Below, piece after piece: positions 36,906 through 50,221 of a stretch of DNA of 64,000 nt. The notes beneath the pieces are model-generated. The model was not told the origin of the DNA and did no database searches. It saw nothing but the letters and a program-made list of their open reading frames with translations. Position 1 is the stretch's first letter. Each line of letters begins with the position of its first letter. This DNA comes from Rhizodiscina lignyota (taxonomy: Eukaryota), in contig ML978129.1 of NCBI GenBank assembly GCA_010015805.1, forward strand, positions 806,001 through 870,000. Direction: 5' to 3'. The position numbers and the translations under genes are program-made.

Positions 36906-38705
36906 AAGCTAGTGTAGCGAGGTCGCATATATATATGGCACTGACAAATCCAGCAACTTCCATATTCGTAGCATGTACTGGTGACCACATTTGGGAGTCT
37001 TCAGAATAACCAACACGGACTCTGTTCTGGTTCTAAATGCAAACTGACTTTCTGGGTCGAAAGACAGCTAGTAACGCAGAGTAAGACAATGGCTGTTTCC
37101 GAATTCCGATGGGGTAGGTGTCAAGGTGATCGTGGGCCAGCATGTCTATTTGAAGCACCGTGGGCGAGCAGAAAGTTCGATAACAGGGATGTGCCTTGCG
37201 TCTATGCCCATGGATGGAAGCTGGAGGATGAGAAGGTGGTCGGAGAGTTTCACACCTGATATTTTGGGACCACTCCATGCGGCCGCGTCCCCTGATTTGC
37301 AGTTCATGAACTGCACAACCAAAATTATCATAGCACAGTCATCAAGGATTGGACGTCTTGAGATGATGATGATGCGTAATGTTATCTCGAAGATTTGAAT
37401 GTGGGGTAAGGTAATTGCTGGAATACATCCGCTCTAATGCAAATAAGGACTAGTCGTACCGAAAAGAAATGCGTGATGTTAGGACATGATTAACTTACAA
37501 GATAAAGGAGATTAAATCGACGATTCGGGATCCATTATTATCGATATTGGGCATGGCAGATCACATATATCCATACCTTTCAAAGCCAAGACATACTTCT
37601 GCCGCTCGACTTGATTCATCGAAGACTTAACAATTTTAATACCCGCCCTCTGCGAATCTTTCGAAACGTGAGCCCTGTACCAAGACGGCGGAAGCCCCTC
37701 GCTTAGTTCGATCTCACTTATGCATAGGCCTGCCAGTTAGAGATAGCGGAAGACAACAACCTCCAGCGAGCCTCACACACAAGCCCTTCCGTATGCTGCG
37801 GTACGAAGAACGGGACACAATACGAGAGCCCGAGATCTTTCGATGATAACGCAACTCGCCACAAGTCGATTCTCCCAGCAGTTTGGAAGCAAATTCAATA
37901 TCGTATAGTGAGCCGATCCATGGATCCCACGGCATCACCGCAAATACTCACTTCCAACGTCTTATCTGAGCTAGCAGTTATAGTCTGCAGATCAGCCACG
38001 GTAGTTTAACCAACAACTCTGATCCCTTCCCAGCTCCCCGAGCGCCAAGGCACTCTTCTGTTCGGATTAAGATCGCGCAACGTCCCGTTAGAATGGCGTT
38101 GTTAACTGCGTCTGCTGCAATACCCGCGCCTCCGACTTCCACAATGCTTCTAGAATCTCACGAGGGATCCAATGGCAAGCATGTGTTGGTTGGGCCACAC
38201 AACGCCACCCCTGCGATAAGCTCCTAGAAGCTCGCCCGATGGAGCAGGTAGCATTGCAAGCCCTGGCTAAGCTTCGCGATGCTGTTTGATCGTGTCTGCG
38301 CTCTCTCACGGGGGCCTGGACATCGCAGCCAACTTGGGCCTCGTGCGCTTATCGGCATGAGTAGAGCTCATAGCATGGGCTGAGTGGTTCGTGACGGCCA
38401 AACTGATATGCGCCACGAGGATTCTCTCGCCTGTGAGTTGGTATCTGGATGCCAGCAGATTGTATTGAGGCGTGCGCCGCTTCGATCATCCAGGCATACC
38501 GCGGATCTGCCCTTCTCCCTTACCTTTCCTTTATTACTGGGACCTCTCCCCAGACCCTGCTGCATTTGTGACGGCTTGACGGTTTGTCGTTTCTTGGAAC
38601 CAGGCTTGTGTTGCATAATTGCGACACCATTCCAAGCAGCCTTTCTTCCTGCTCCTCTGCAATCGACTTCCATAGGTCCTAAAGCAGTGTGCTCAAGCAG
38701 GCAAG

Positions 38706-40687
38706 ATGAATTCCATGCCCGCGACAGGCAGTGGATTGCCCGACTATGGGGAGAAGGGAGTTGCGCACGATATCGAGGGAAAGCAGTCGCCAGTTGATTC
38801 TGGAAATGTTGAAGACGTCCAGGAGGGTGGACAGAAGCCGCTTGTGCGTGCATTGCACGATAGGCACATGCAGGTACGCGGTTGATATGGAAATCGAATA
38901 TATCTCCAGTTCAATAGCTGACGATGCCGATCCTAGATGATTGCCATTGGTATGAGACCATTTTCCAGATGCGCCATAACTCTAGGAACGCAACTGACAC
39001 CAGCTTGAACAGGTGGTGCTATTGGCGCTGGTCTTTTCGTCGGTTCCGGTAGCACTCTTAATACTGGTGGTCCGGCCAGCTTGGTCCTGGGCTACATCAT
39101 TGTCGGCACTATGCTTCTCCTCACGGTGCAAGCGCTCGCTGAGATGGCTGTGCTGTATCCTGTCAATGGTGCATTCTACAACTTCATTTGCCGCTTTATG
39201 GATCCGTCCTGGGGCTTTGCCTTGGGTTGGGACTATGTGAGTTTTATACCGTAAATCCAATGCGAATTCCGTGGAGCTGACAACACCTGACCAATAGGCA
39301 ATTGGTTGGCTTGTTATCCTTCCTTTCGAGATTACCGCTGCTAGTATTACGATCGACTTCTGGAGGAGTGACATAAACGTTGGCGTCTGGATCGCAGTGT
39401 TTTTGACCGTCCTCGCTGTGGTCCAGGTTTTCGGTGTCCGCGGATATGGCGAGGTCGAATTCACCCTCTCCATTATTAAGGTCATCGCCTTGATAGGCTT
39501 TATCATCTTCGCTATCATAGTCGACTGCGGCGGCGTACCGACTGACCACCGTGGATACATTGGCGCACACTACTGGCATAAACCTGGCGCGTTCAGGAAT
39601 GGCTTCAAGGGCTTCTGCTCTGTGTTCGTTACCGCTGCATTCGCCTTTGGAGGAACAGAGTTGACCGGCTTGGCCGCCGCCGAGGCTGCTGATCCACGCA
39701 AATCAATTCCCAAGGCGACTCGACAGGTGTTCTGGCGTATCGCGGTCTGCTACATCATCTCAACCTTTATGCTCGGCCTCATCGTGCCGTCAGATTCCGA
39801 TGTGTTGCTTAATTCGACTGGTGCCAATACGAAGGCATCCCCGTTCGTGCTTGCCATCACCCTCGCAGGTGTAAAGGGTCTTCCATCGGTAATGAACGCA
39901 GTCATCACCATCTCTGTCCTCAGCGTTGCTAACTCTGCAACATTCGGCTCTACCCGTACGCTCCAAGCTCTTGCTCTTCAAGGAATGGCTCCCAAGCTCT
40001 TCGCATATGTTGACAAGCATGGCCGTCCTCTCCCTGTGGTCATCCTTCAGCTTCTCTTTGGCCTACTTGCGTTCATTAACGAAGCGAACGTGGGTAGTCA
40101 AGTCTTCAACTGGCTCCTCGCATTGTCTGGCTTGTCAAACTTCTTTATTTGGGGAAGCATCTGCGTTGCGCATATTCGCTTCCGCCGTGCTTGGGCCGTC
40201 CAGGGCAGAGACTTAAAGCAGATTCCGTACAAGGCGTTCTTTGGTGTGTGGGGTAGTACCGTAGGTGCGGCCCTCAACTTTATCTGTTTGATCGCGCAAT
40301 TCTACATTGCTGTCTGGGTAAGTTTGGACCCCATCACTCCTCCTATTTGGAATGGTAAAACAGTTGGAAGTGCTGACCTCTTTGTAGCCAATTGGTGGAT
40401 CCCCTGGCGGCACTGCGGAAGCGCAAGACTTCTTCGAAGCTTTCCTCGCCGCACCTGTCATTCTCGGGTTGTACCTTGGTTGGAAGCTCTATAGTGGATT
40501 TTCGAGAGACCCCAAGGTCAATCACCGTGGCTGGAGGATGTACTGGCGCGCCGAAGAGATTGATCTTGATACTGGCATGAGGGAGGGCGTTCTGCTGGAA
40601 CTTGATGATATTGAGGACGAGCGCAGAGGGAGTGTGACAAAGCAAGCAGCCAGCATCCCATATAGGATGTTCAGGGCGCTGTTTTGA
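38706..40687 (+). CDS. Amino-acid permease (YAT/GAP1 family)
   Basis: LHDRHMQ|MIAI|GGAIGAGLF (13-nt microexon), GYGEVEF, AFAFGGTE, KASPFV, SGLSNFFIWGSI. Confidence 0.92.
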
Positions 40688-41231
40688 ATATGTCAAGCGT
40701 GCTTGTGTGTTCTTGCTATTGGGTAGTTTGAGATCACGATCATGGACGAGTGATGGAGCTTTGGCAAGGAAAACGCGTGTAATTTGACGAAGCAGAGAAT
40801 TTAAAGGTGCTCGTCTGAAAGCAGGAAAGTTTCGTGGAGCCTATATAAAGCGCTGAAATGATTTGCGAAAATGCAAAAGTTACGCCCGGCTGCTACCAAC
40901 TTAGGTGATTCTAATTGGTACTTTATGTACTCCCTGGACCATGCGCGTGGGCGTAGGGCGTGGTCGATTCACACTGTACTTGTACGTAATCGGCACAGGA
41001 ACTCCGAGTTTCTTTTACCTACTCGCTATTTCATTCGGAGACATGCGAGTAATCAAACCAAAACGGGCGACTTCTGATGCCCCACCTAGAAGTGCTAGAG
41101 GCTTTACAAAAAAGGTGTCCGGATCGAGGTCGCGCAGCTCCGTGCGACCCGCGTTCGGTCTGGGCATCAGGGCCGCGAAGTCCATGCTCTTTGAAATACG
41201 AATTGTTTGAAGAATCAATCGAAGAGTCTCG

Positions 41232-42250
41232 ATGGCGAACATGACGGCCACTTCTTCAGAAGTTGTTGCTGAGGCGCAGAGGAGCCACAGGAGCGTTCAA
41301 GTTAGCAACACGGAACCGTACCATTGGCCTTGCGAAGGGGATTTTAACTCTCGCACGACGGCTCTCGTGTTGGTCGATATGCAACGGGATTGTATGCAGC
41401 TCACTAATCATTCACATCTCTCTCATGCTTCAGTCAATTCTGCGCTTCCAGTTACTTTCGAATGCCTTTAAGATTTCGTCATGTCTATAAACGTGGCTGT
41501 CCTGTTCTCATCAACTATATGTGAATCGCTCATTTTGACTTGCTAAGATGGTCTAATTGTTTCACCCAAATAGTCTGCTGCGAGGGCGGGTATTTAGATC
41601 ACCAAGGCTACGACATCTCTGCCACAAGGGCGATCATACCAAAGCTCCGGAGCCTCTTAACAGCATTTCGAAAAGCGGGATACCAAGTATATCACACAAG
41701 GGAAGGCCACCGGGCTGACCTTGCCAGCTTGAGCAAAAGAGAAAAATGGAGAAGTCGAAACAATCCGTCAGGCATTGGTATTGGCGACGAAGGCCCGTTA
41801 GGAAGGCTTCTCATCAGGGGAGAGAATGGACATGATACAATAGCAGAATTCTATCCCATTGAAGGTGCGTCAACTAGACTTTCTCGTCTTTCGTTCGGCG
41901 ACGGGTTCGATGGTGTATTCGAGTGTTACACGCCGAGATTTGACAATTGTCCAGGCGAACCTGTGATCGACAAGCCCGGAAAGGGCGCTTTCACTTACAC
42001 TGATTTTGATCTGCTGCTGCGCAATCGCGGAATCAAGAACCTCGTCTTCGGGGGTGTCACGACGGATGTATGTGTCAGTACCATCATGCGGGAAGCTAAT
42101 GATCGAGGCTACGACTGTCTCATCTTGGAGGATGGGTGTGCAGCTGCAGAGAAAAGTGTACATGATGCCACTATCCAAGGAGTAAAAATGGAAGGTGGAG
42201 TTTTCGGGGCAGTCGGCTTCGTCGAGGATGTGAAGAATGCGGTGGCATAG
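41232..42250 (+). CDS. Isochorismatase-family cysteine hydrolase, biuret/guanylurea hydrolase-like
   Basis: EPYHWP..TALVLVDMQRD|F, HTREGHR, IDKPGKGAF, GVTTDVCV, REANDRGY, KMEGGVFG. Introns 41392-41573 and 41865-41954. Confidence 0.9.
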
Positions 42251-42922
42251 ACGGCTGAGAGCCTTTGATATCCAGTGGACTTGCTTCACTTCGAACAGTC
42301 CAAGTTATCGAAGGATTGTAACCTCTGTATGGGAATAAAGCTACTACGAGCGAGCATGAAGAGATCATGGAGATGACTGCGCACTGCGAGACCGAATATA
42401 AAAGTCGCAAAAGCAACTAAAGTTCCTTGAGGCCCTAATATGAACGTTTCTTGAAATTTGGAAATTGGAGCGGTGGTGAACGAAAGGTATGGAAATATCT
42501 AGGTACGAAGAGTCAGTATCCGGGGGTGGCAGAGGCACCTAGAGATTAGCCAATTATAGGTGCCTCAGCCACCTACAGTTCGGTACTACCCAATCCAAAC
42601 CTACCTCCTTCGCACAGCACTATTGCTCGGAAACTCTTCGGCAATTACTCGAAGCACGCCGCCGCTGATGTGATGCGTTCAGGCTGCCCAAATCTCCGCC
42701 ACCAAGTTGATACCACGCCTTCAGTATAGACCGAACACACATTCACTCACTGGTGTTCCTCGGTGTTAGGGAGCGTTCCCTGAATATAATCATTTGTTCC
42801 TTTCCATTCAGGCTGTTCTGCATCCAATCTTCTCGCGATCCATCTACGCTTGAACTTGTGCATTCTCGTACATTCACAACTCAGAACCCATAACTCCACA
42901 CAGCTCTCATCCAGCGGTCAGG

Positions 42923-43577
42923 ATGTTGAAGTTATGGTCTATGGTATGGAAAACTCGCCGGGTGGCAGGTTAAAGATGCAGCGTGCTAACTATTCTACAG
43001 AAGCAGGAGCAGCAGAAGGCTGATAACGCCACGTCAGGTCCCAAGAAGAAGAAGGTGACAGCGGCTCAACTGCGAGTGCAGAAAGGTATATTGTTGGATC
43101 TTAACGGTTATGACTTAGTCTTACTCCTCTATAGATCTATCGGAGCTGTCGTTAGGATCGACGATGAAGACCACCTTCCCCAACCCCGACGACATCCTCA
43201 ACTTCGTCCTCACGATCGAGCCCGACGAGGGCATGTATAAAGGCGGCCGTTTCAGCTTCAACTTCGCCATAAACCAGAACTTCCCTCACGACCCGCCGAA
43301 AGTCAAGTGCAAGGAGAAGATATACCACCCAAATATTGATCTTGAGGGGAACGTCTGCTTAAACATCCTGCGCGAAGACTGGAAGCCTGTATTGAACCTG
43401 AATGCGGTCATCGTCGGCCTGCAGTTCCTGTTCTTGGAGCCGAATGCTTCAGACCCGCTCAATAAGGATGCTGCTGAGGATCTTAAGTCGAACAGAGAAG
43501 GCTTCAAGCGCAACGTACGCGCAGCCATGGGGGGAGGCTCCGTCAGGGGCGAGTCATTTGAGAGGGTACTCAAATAA
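42923..43577 (+). CDS. ubc12: NEDD8-conjugating enzyme Ubc12
   Basis: [28 protein letters not shown]..; [22 protein letters not shown]. Confidence 0.95.
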
Positions 43578-43983
43578 TAAAAGAAAGAGAATTGAGAGGA
43601 CAACCCCGATGAGTCAAGACATGAATTGCATTTTCAAGCCGGCGTTTGGAATGTTGCTTTTGCGGTATACCAAGAGTGCTAAAGAGTTGAACGAGCATTA
43701 GCACGTGGATTTCACAACGTTCATCACGTAGATAACAACTGCTCACTAGAAATCTATAGCGAGGCGGTTCAATATAGGGATAATGATGGTCGCGTGCGTT
43801 ACATGTATGTCCTTGGTGTCACTCTTTCTCGAGCCGCCCGCACTTGTGAAGCAAAGTCACGGAATATTCGCATAGCTGTTGAAGACATAATCCACCGCCT
43901 TGAACTTCCCACAACTTCCTCGCCAATATCATCTCTCGAGCACGCGAGACCCCCGGGCATGAAGCCGATTACGCCAAGCGACG

Positions 43984-43993
43984 CCGACATCGG
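43984..43993. promoter_or_regulatory. Candidate Leu3/LeuB site (CCG-N4-CGG) upstream of ILV5
   Basis: CCGACATCGG about 120 bp before the ILV5 ATG. Confidence 0.55.
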
Positions 43994-44112
43994 GCGAGCT
44001 TCGAGCTTGGACGAGAAAAAAAACCTCTAGACCCTGTGCTTCCCCACAACCACTCTTACCGCATCCAAATACCACCACAAAACAGTCTCTCAATTCACTC
44101 AGATACTTCATA

Positions 44113-45494
44113 ATGGCTTCTCGACGTGCGACAAGAGCTCTGCAAAGCTCCTTTAAGCAATTGAGCGCCCCGACTGTGCAGAGGCGCACCTTTGTGTCCG
44201 CAATTAATGCTGCGAAGGCTGGGGCAGCAGCAGCTCCAAGGGCTGCTGTGACTGTACCTTTCCAGCAGAAGAGGGGCGTGAAGACAATTGATTTTGCTGG
44301 GCAAAAGGAGAAGGTCTTTGGTTCGTCGAGCTCACTCTACGTCCTTGAACAATTCTAACCCATCGTAGAGCGCGAGGACTGGCCCAGAGAAAAGCTCCTT
44401 GTGAGTCACCACCTTGGAAGAAATTCTTGGGTGAGGTGTAATACTGACGAGTTTGAACTAGGACTACTTCAAAGACGATACTCTTGCACTTATCGGCTAC
44501 GGCTCGCAAGGCCACGGTCAAGGCCTTAACCTCCGCGACAATGGTCTCAATGTCATCATCGGCGTCCGGAAGAACGGTGCATCTTGGAAAGAGGCTCAGC
44601 AAGATGGATGGATCCCAGGAACGAATTTGTTCGATATTGATGAGGCTATCTCAAAGAGTACAATCGTCATGAACTTGCTGAGTGACGCTGCTCAGAGTGA
44701 GACATGGCCTGCCATCAAACCCCAGCTTACCAAGGGAAAGGTCAGAGTGCACCAACAATCTGATGGAACTCACTTTAATTACTAACACTGTGCCTTAGAC
44801 GCTCTACTTCTCGCACGGCTTCTCCCCTGTTTTCAAGGACCTCACCAAAGTTGACGTTCCCAAGGACATCGACGTCATCCTCGTAGCACCGAAGGGATCT
44901 GGCCGCACTGTGCGCTCGCTTTTCCGCGAGGGCCGTGGTATCAACTCTTCCATTGCTGTCTTCCAGGACGTGACTGGCAAGGCAGAGGAGAAGGCTATTG
45001 CTCTGGGTGTTGCTGTCGGCTCGGGATACCTATACAAGACTACATTCGAGAAGGAAGTCTTCTCTGATCTCTACGGAGAGCGCGGCTGCCTGATGGGCGG
45101 TATTCACGGCATGTTCCTTGCCCAGTATGAAGTTCTGCGTGAGCGTGGCCACAGCCCATCTGAAGCATTCAACGAAACTGTGGAAGAGGCCACTCAGAGC
45201 TTGTACCCGCTTATCGGTGCCAATGGCATGGACTACATGTATGCCGCATGCTCTACCACTGCTAGGCGTGGTGCCATCGACTGGAGCAAGCGCTTCAAAG
45301 ACAACTTGAAGCCTCTGTTCGAGGAGCTCTACGAATCCGTTGCTACTGGAAAGGAAACACAGCGCTCATTGGAATTCAACTCTCGTCCTGACTACCGTGA
45401 GGCGTACGAGAAGGAGATGGCGGATATTCAGGGTCTTGAGATCTGGAGAGCCGGCAAGGCTGTCAGAGGTCTGCGTCCAGAGAATCAAAAATAA
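44113..45494 (+). CDS. ilv5: Mitochondrial ketol-acid reductoisomerase
   Basis: Mitochondrial-type presequence, GVKTIDF, IGYGSQGHGQGLNLRDNG, FSHGF, SDLYGERGCLMG; 3 introns. Confidence 0.96.
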
Positions 45495-47061
45495 GGCTTC
45501 GGAAGATTTCTATGTTGAGAAGTGGCCGCCCGTTGAATCAAGAGCGATCGTTCTAAGATTCACGGCTGCCCAAGGTTTTCTCAACTTGCATGGTGGAATA
45601 ACGGCCTGAATCTCGTTGCTTATCGATGTCAGTTACTTGGAGTTGCTCGATATCCAGGACAAAAGTTCTCGATGCCTCAATTGTGTGTATACCTCTCCTT
45701 TACAGCCTCTAGAAATATCATCCCGCGCTGCACACGCGGCATTTATCACGCCATCCATCTGCAATGATGTTTCCTGAACAATCTATCTTCCGAGCAGGCG
45801 AGTAGGATTCCATCATGATTTACAATTCCTGATAGTGCTGAGTACTCCCTTCACACCGGTCCTGGTTTGAGCTGAACTCCCTCCACAGAATGATGACTGA
45901 GAAATGGGATATGAGTATCACCGGATGCGGCAGAAGAGCAGTAAGACGGTCGATTGCCACGAATCAACGCAATTAGAATAGAACGTCGCAATTTCGATGC
46001 AGCTCAGCGACAAATTCTTGATGCTTCCTTCTTCCGCATGTCACCGGATTACTTGATAGGCGCCTAAAACGTGCTTCAGATCGTGATTAATGATTGTCTC
46101 TGGGGAATACGGGTTGCCATAGAATGAATAGTCGTGCTCGCCGATCATCCATCCAGTCGGTAAGCCGGGCTTACCAGGCCTTCGGAGAACCGTCTTGTGA
46201 TCCCAGCCTTGTTACGAACAACCCCAAGAAAGATTTGTTTGCCTCTACAAGATTGTATTTCGTATTATTTCCGACGGATGGATTCCTAATAGGCATACTG
46301 GAGCTGTTCCCGTGCCGTTTGGGACTAGCTGTAGAAGGGAATGCCTTTTGTTGCTCTGTCACCCTTCATCTCATCTTTAGCGGAGTCGATCACCAAAATC
46401 TTACTTTTTTGACGTCGATAGTAGACTCAGTCACGGCGCCGAAAAGTGCCAAGAAGAAGAAAGTTATGGATGCGGAGGACTTCGGTTACATGTAAGGAGT
46501 GCTCAGAGCAGGTTTACCGAGCCTTATCTGGCAATTTTCATGGCGTGCTGGAAGAAGAATTCCAGACCTGACGCCTGCGACTCGCACGCCAACCAGCGAC
46601 GGGTAGCCCTGATAGACAGTACAAGTGGTTAAAACCCATCTTCAAGAGTGCCAGCGTACTGCAACCTCAGTAGATTCAAAGATAATGCTTAGCCAAGAAA
46701 CGATCTTCGTTACGTGTGACGGGTTATTTACCGCCAAACGGTAATGGTGGCCGTGTAGTGCACGTTGAGGAGCCCCTGCTGTGACTGCATCTCGGAGAGA
46801 ATCTGGATGGATAAGACAGGCAAACGCTGGTACAGGGATGGTGGGCTGGCCCAGGGGACGGATTTGGGCGCTGGGCTACCAGCTAGCAGCTGGACGGAAG
46901 TGCAGTTTGGGCCCTGCATAAGTTGTATATATTCGGGATGCAGTCCGGAAAAGATTATCGTGGAACTTATTATTTTTTCTGGTGGTACAAGTACAAAATG
47001 TGAGACAATCTTTCCTACCTCGCATGCTTTGTTGTCGTCTATCGGTTTGCTGCCAAGCAAG

Positions 47062-48426
47062 ATGAGCTCCATCAAGCTCTCGTTCCAGTTCTCGAACACA
47101 TTTCCAACCTCGGATGAACGTGTACCACTGTTCCTCAGAAATACTGGAGTGGCGGGCGCGCTCAGCGTTCAAGATGGAAATGGACGCATCGACACCATCA
47201 AACTCGTATTGAAAGGTATGACAAGGCAGACCGTAGGACTATCCAAGCTCCGAATTACTCACAAACTACAGGGAAAGTGACAAATGCAGTCCAAAGTGGC
47301 CCCTCAGGCTTGAATGAATCGCGAAGCTTGGTGATTCAACAGACAGTAAGTTGTATATCCTCAATAAATCGCTCAAATGACTGATCAATGCAAGCTTTTA
47401 AACCTGGTTGATGTCCAAGATGCGGCATTTGGACTTCCATCAGAAGATGGAACGTGGCGACAGTATCCTTTCGACTTCTGCTTCAGTAAACGATGCCATG
47501 GTCGAAAATGCGATGGGCAACCGATCGTTTTACAGACATGCAATCCATCCCTTCCATCGTCGCTCGATGTAACAAGTGGACCTCGAGCATCTGAGTGGAA
47601 AATTGAGACGACTACATCATCGCGCGTAAGCTACGAGATCCAGGCGTGGGCTTTCCTGGACGATGTCGTCCAGGCGGCCACCTCGCAGGAAATTCGGCTT
47701 TATGATCCTCCCTGCGTTCCTCCACCACCAATGATCCTCGAGCACTTCCGCGGAGAGTTTACTCCCCGGCAAGAGAAGAAGATCATGAAAGGGATGCTGA
47801 AGTCAACAGGGAAGCTCGCTATTGCTGTCTCCGAGCCAACTCCAGCAGAAATCCAGCACGGCAACGGTCTTGTCCAAACCGATTTGCCCATCAGACTGGA
47901 GATCTGTGATCGAAAAGGTTTACCGAGTCGCTTGGAAATGAGAGTCAAGTCAACCCTTCATGGATCTACGTTCATATCTAGCGAAAAGATGAAAGAAATG
48001 CCATCTCGCTACCATGTGATCAAGTCGCCGACCATTCAAGAGGTGAAGACGAAAGCACGGACCTTCACGCAGAAATTGAACGTCGCCTGTCGCTGGCAGA
48101 AGGACGAAAGGGGTACGTGGTACCAGCAGATGACTGTTCCATTGCCTCTTGTGGCCAACCAAACACCTCCGCCTACGTTCAAGTCCGCCGTGGTGGCGCG
48201 AAGATATAGCGTATCATTACGGATCGAAGTCTCCGATGGTGTGAATGCGACCTTCGACTTAAAGGTTCCAGTCCAGATCCTGTATTCTACCGGTGAAGAG
48301 GAGGACGACCCCGATTTGCAGACGTCCTTAAATGGCACTCGGATAGAAGACTTGACAAACGCACTGGACGATTTGGTTTTGCGCTCAAGGCCACCTGCAG
48401 AACAGTTGCCTCTGTACGTCCGATGA
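47062..48426 (+). CDS. Divergent arrestin-like protein
   Basis: Beta-rich exons (VAGALSV, IKLVLK|G, YPFDF, LPSS, VSYEIQA, PPTF...RRYSVSLRI, LKVPVQI) and a C-terminal LPLY. Introns at ~47216-47270 and ~47347-47393. Confidence 0.7.
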
Positions 48427-50221
48427 GGACGATACTGTATGGATGAGCTCAGGAGAGGACTTGGAGGGAAAGACGGTGCCTTGGAGTTAAAATTGAGGCG
48501 TTGCGTTCCCAAAGCTATATGATACCCCTTAAAGAATGATTTATGGTTTCGGTAGCTCTGAATAGAATCTCCATTCGAAGAAAGCTGTATTGTTACTACT
48601 CAGATCCGTGACTGCGTAGGAATGAAATCTGTTGTCCAGTTCGAAATACCATCGGAACATGAATAATGGAGGCGTTTGGTTATGCGTTCCTGCAGGTTTA
48701 GCGTGGTGTTGTGAGTCAAAGCAGTGGCTCGTACTCGCGGCTGCCGACTGTGAAGAGCGATCCGAGACTAGAGTGCACACCGCACGGTTCTCAATGTTGC
48801 AACGCACCATTCAGGTTGAATGCTGATATGGTGTGCTTGGCCGCTGGTTGTCCTGCCCAGTTTTGAGGAGTTTGGCTGGAGAGCCCCACCGGCAGCGAGA
48901 ACTGAGAAAAAGAGGCATACTATGAAAAAGCTACCTCTCAAAATACAATAATAAATATACAGGTACCTTGTATTGCATTATTACCGTTGTTGGTCGGGAG
49001 GTGGTTTCTTAGCTCTCCTTTTCAGCGCTGAGATCCATTGTTCGGGGAAGATCAGCCGAAGCCGAAATATTCCGACCGTAAACTTGGAAAATATCGAGCC
49101 AGAAAAGGACTAGCGTCGTATCAAACTCAACTTCAAATGCGACGGCTCCCAGCCTTCCCATTTGAAAAATCAAACTCTTCAACTCCACGTATCACCTTCT
49201 TGAGCTCTGGCTTGTTCTTCATCATCACATATATTTCTTGACCTGCTGAGCTGATTCCAATGGTATTGCAATAATCTACTTATTGTGGTGAATGATGCAG
49301 GGAGGGAACATTTCACACCATACTTCCTATGAATCTGAAACGAAAAGGTATTGGCAAATTTACCTCTGTCATCACCGACTCGCTCGGGCCTATCATCTCA
49401 TTATTATGATGTTACCTTTTCAATTATGTTTCAAGACGAGGATGAGAGCATCGCTCCTTGATATAACGTTCCATTCTGATACTTTCAAGTTTCATAGAAC
49501 TTCCTCTGCTTTTTTGTTATCTCAAGGCAGACTTGCTGACAGCTTTATTTATAGTGTAGTATACCCAATACTCTATTGCCCTAGAGGACAACACTGTCCA
49601 TAGATCGACTAAGGTCTACTAAAGCGTGGAAGCGCTGTGCTTCCGAAGAAGCGATGCTCTAAGACGTGGATCCGCATTATTAATGTGTGCTGGAATGTCA
49701 GGCAAGCTTCAAATGCTGTGTCAGTGCTACGATAGCTGGCATCGCCCCGCTAGTCCATCGAGCGAACAATATGCTGAAGTTCTGCGCTTCGATCTGACTG
49801 TCTTGATAGAGCTTAGAGTTTAAGAGTTCCCAGGCCATTTTCATATCCTATATAAGCTACACAGACCGTAGAACACACCCAAAGACCAAATACACATGTA
49901 GATACACATTTGCTGCTATTCATCCTGAGAATTTGTGATGTGTCCCTTGATCTGTTGTGGCCTGACGACTAGCGTACCCCAAACGCATTCACGGCGCGTG
50001 CCGAGAAATCGACCCTCTATCCTGGGTAACTTCCCACTTCTTTGCCCGCGATCACCTTTGCCTTTTCAACTCACTCCACTCCTCCCATATCATCACACGT
50101 AACGACGCGAAAACTCACAACATTGACCCAAAAACTTTATTCCACGGCGCTATCGACTTTTGACGCGCCTCAATATCAAAAAGAGCTCGACAGGGCTCTA
50201 GGTCAGCCCTCCGCAGCCAAA

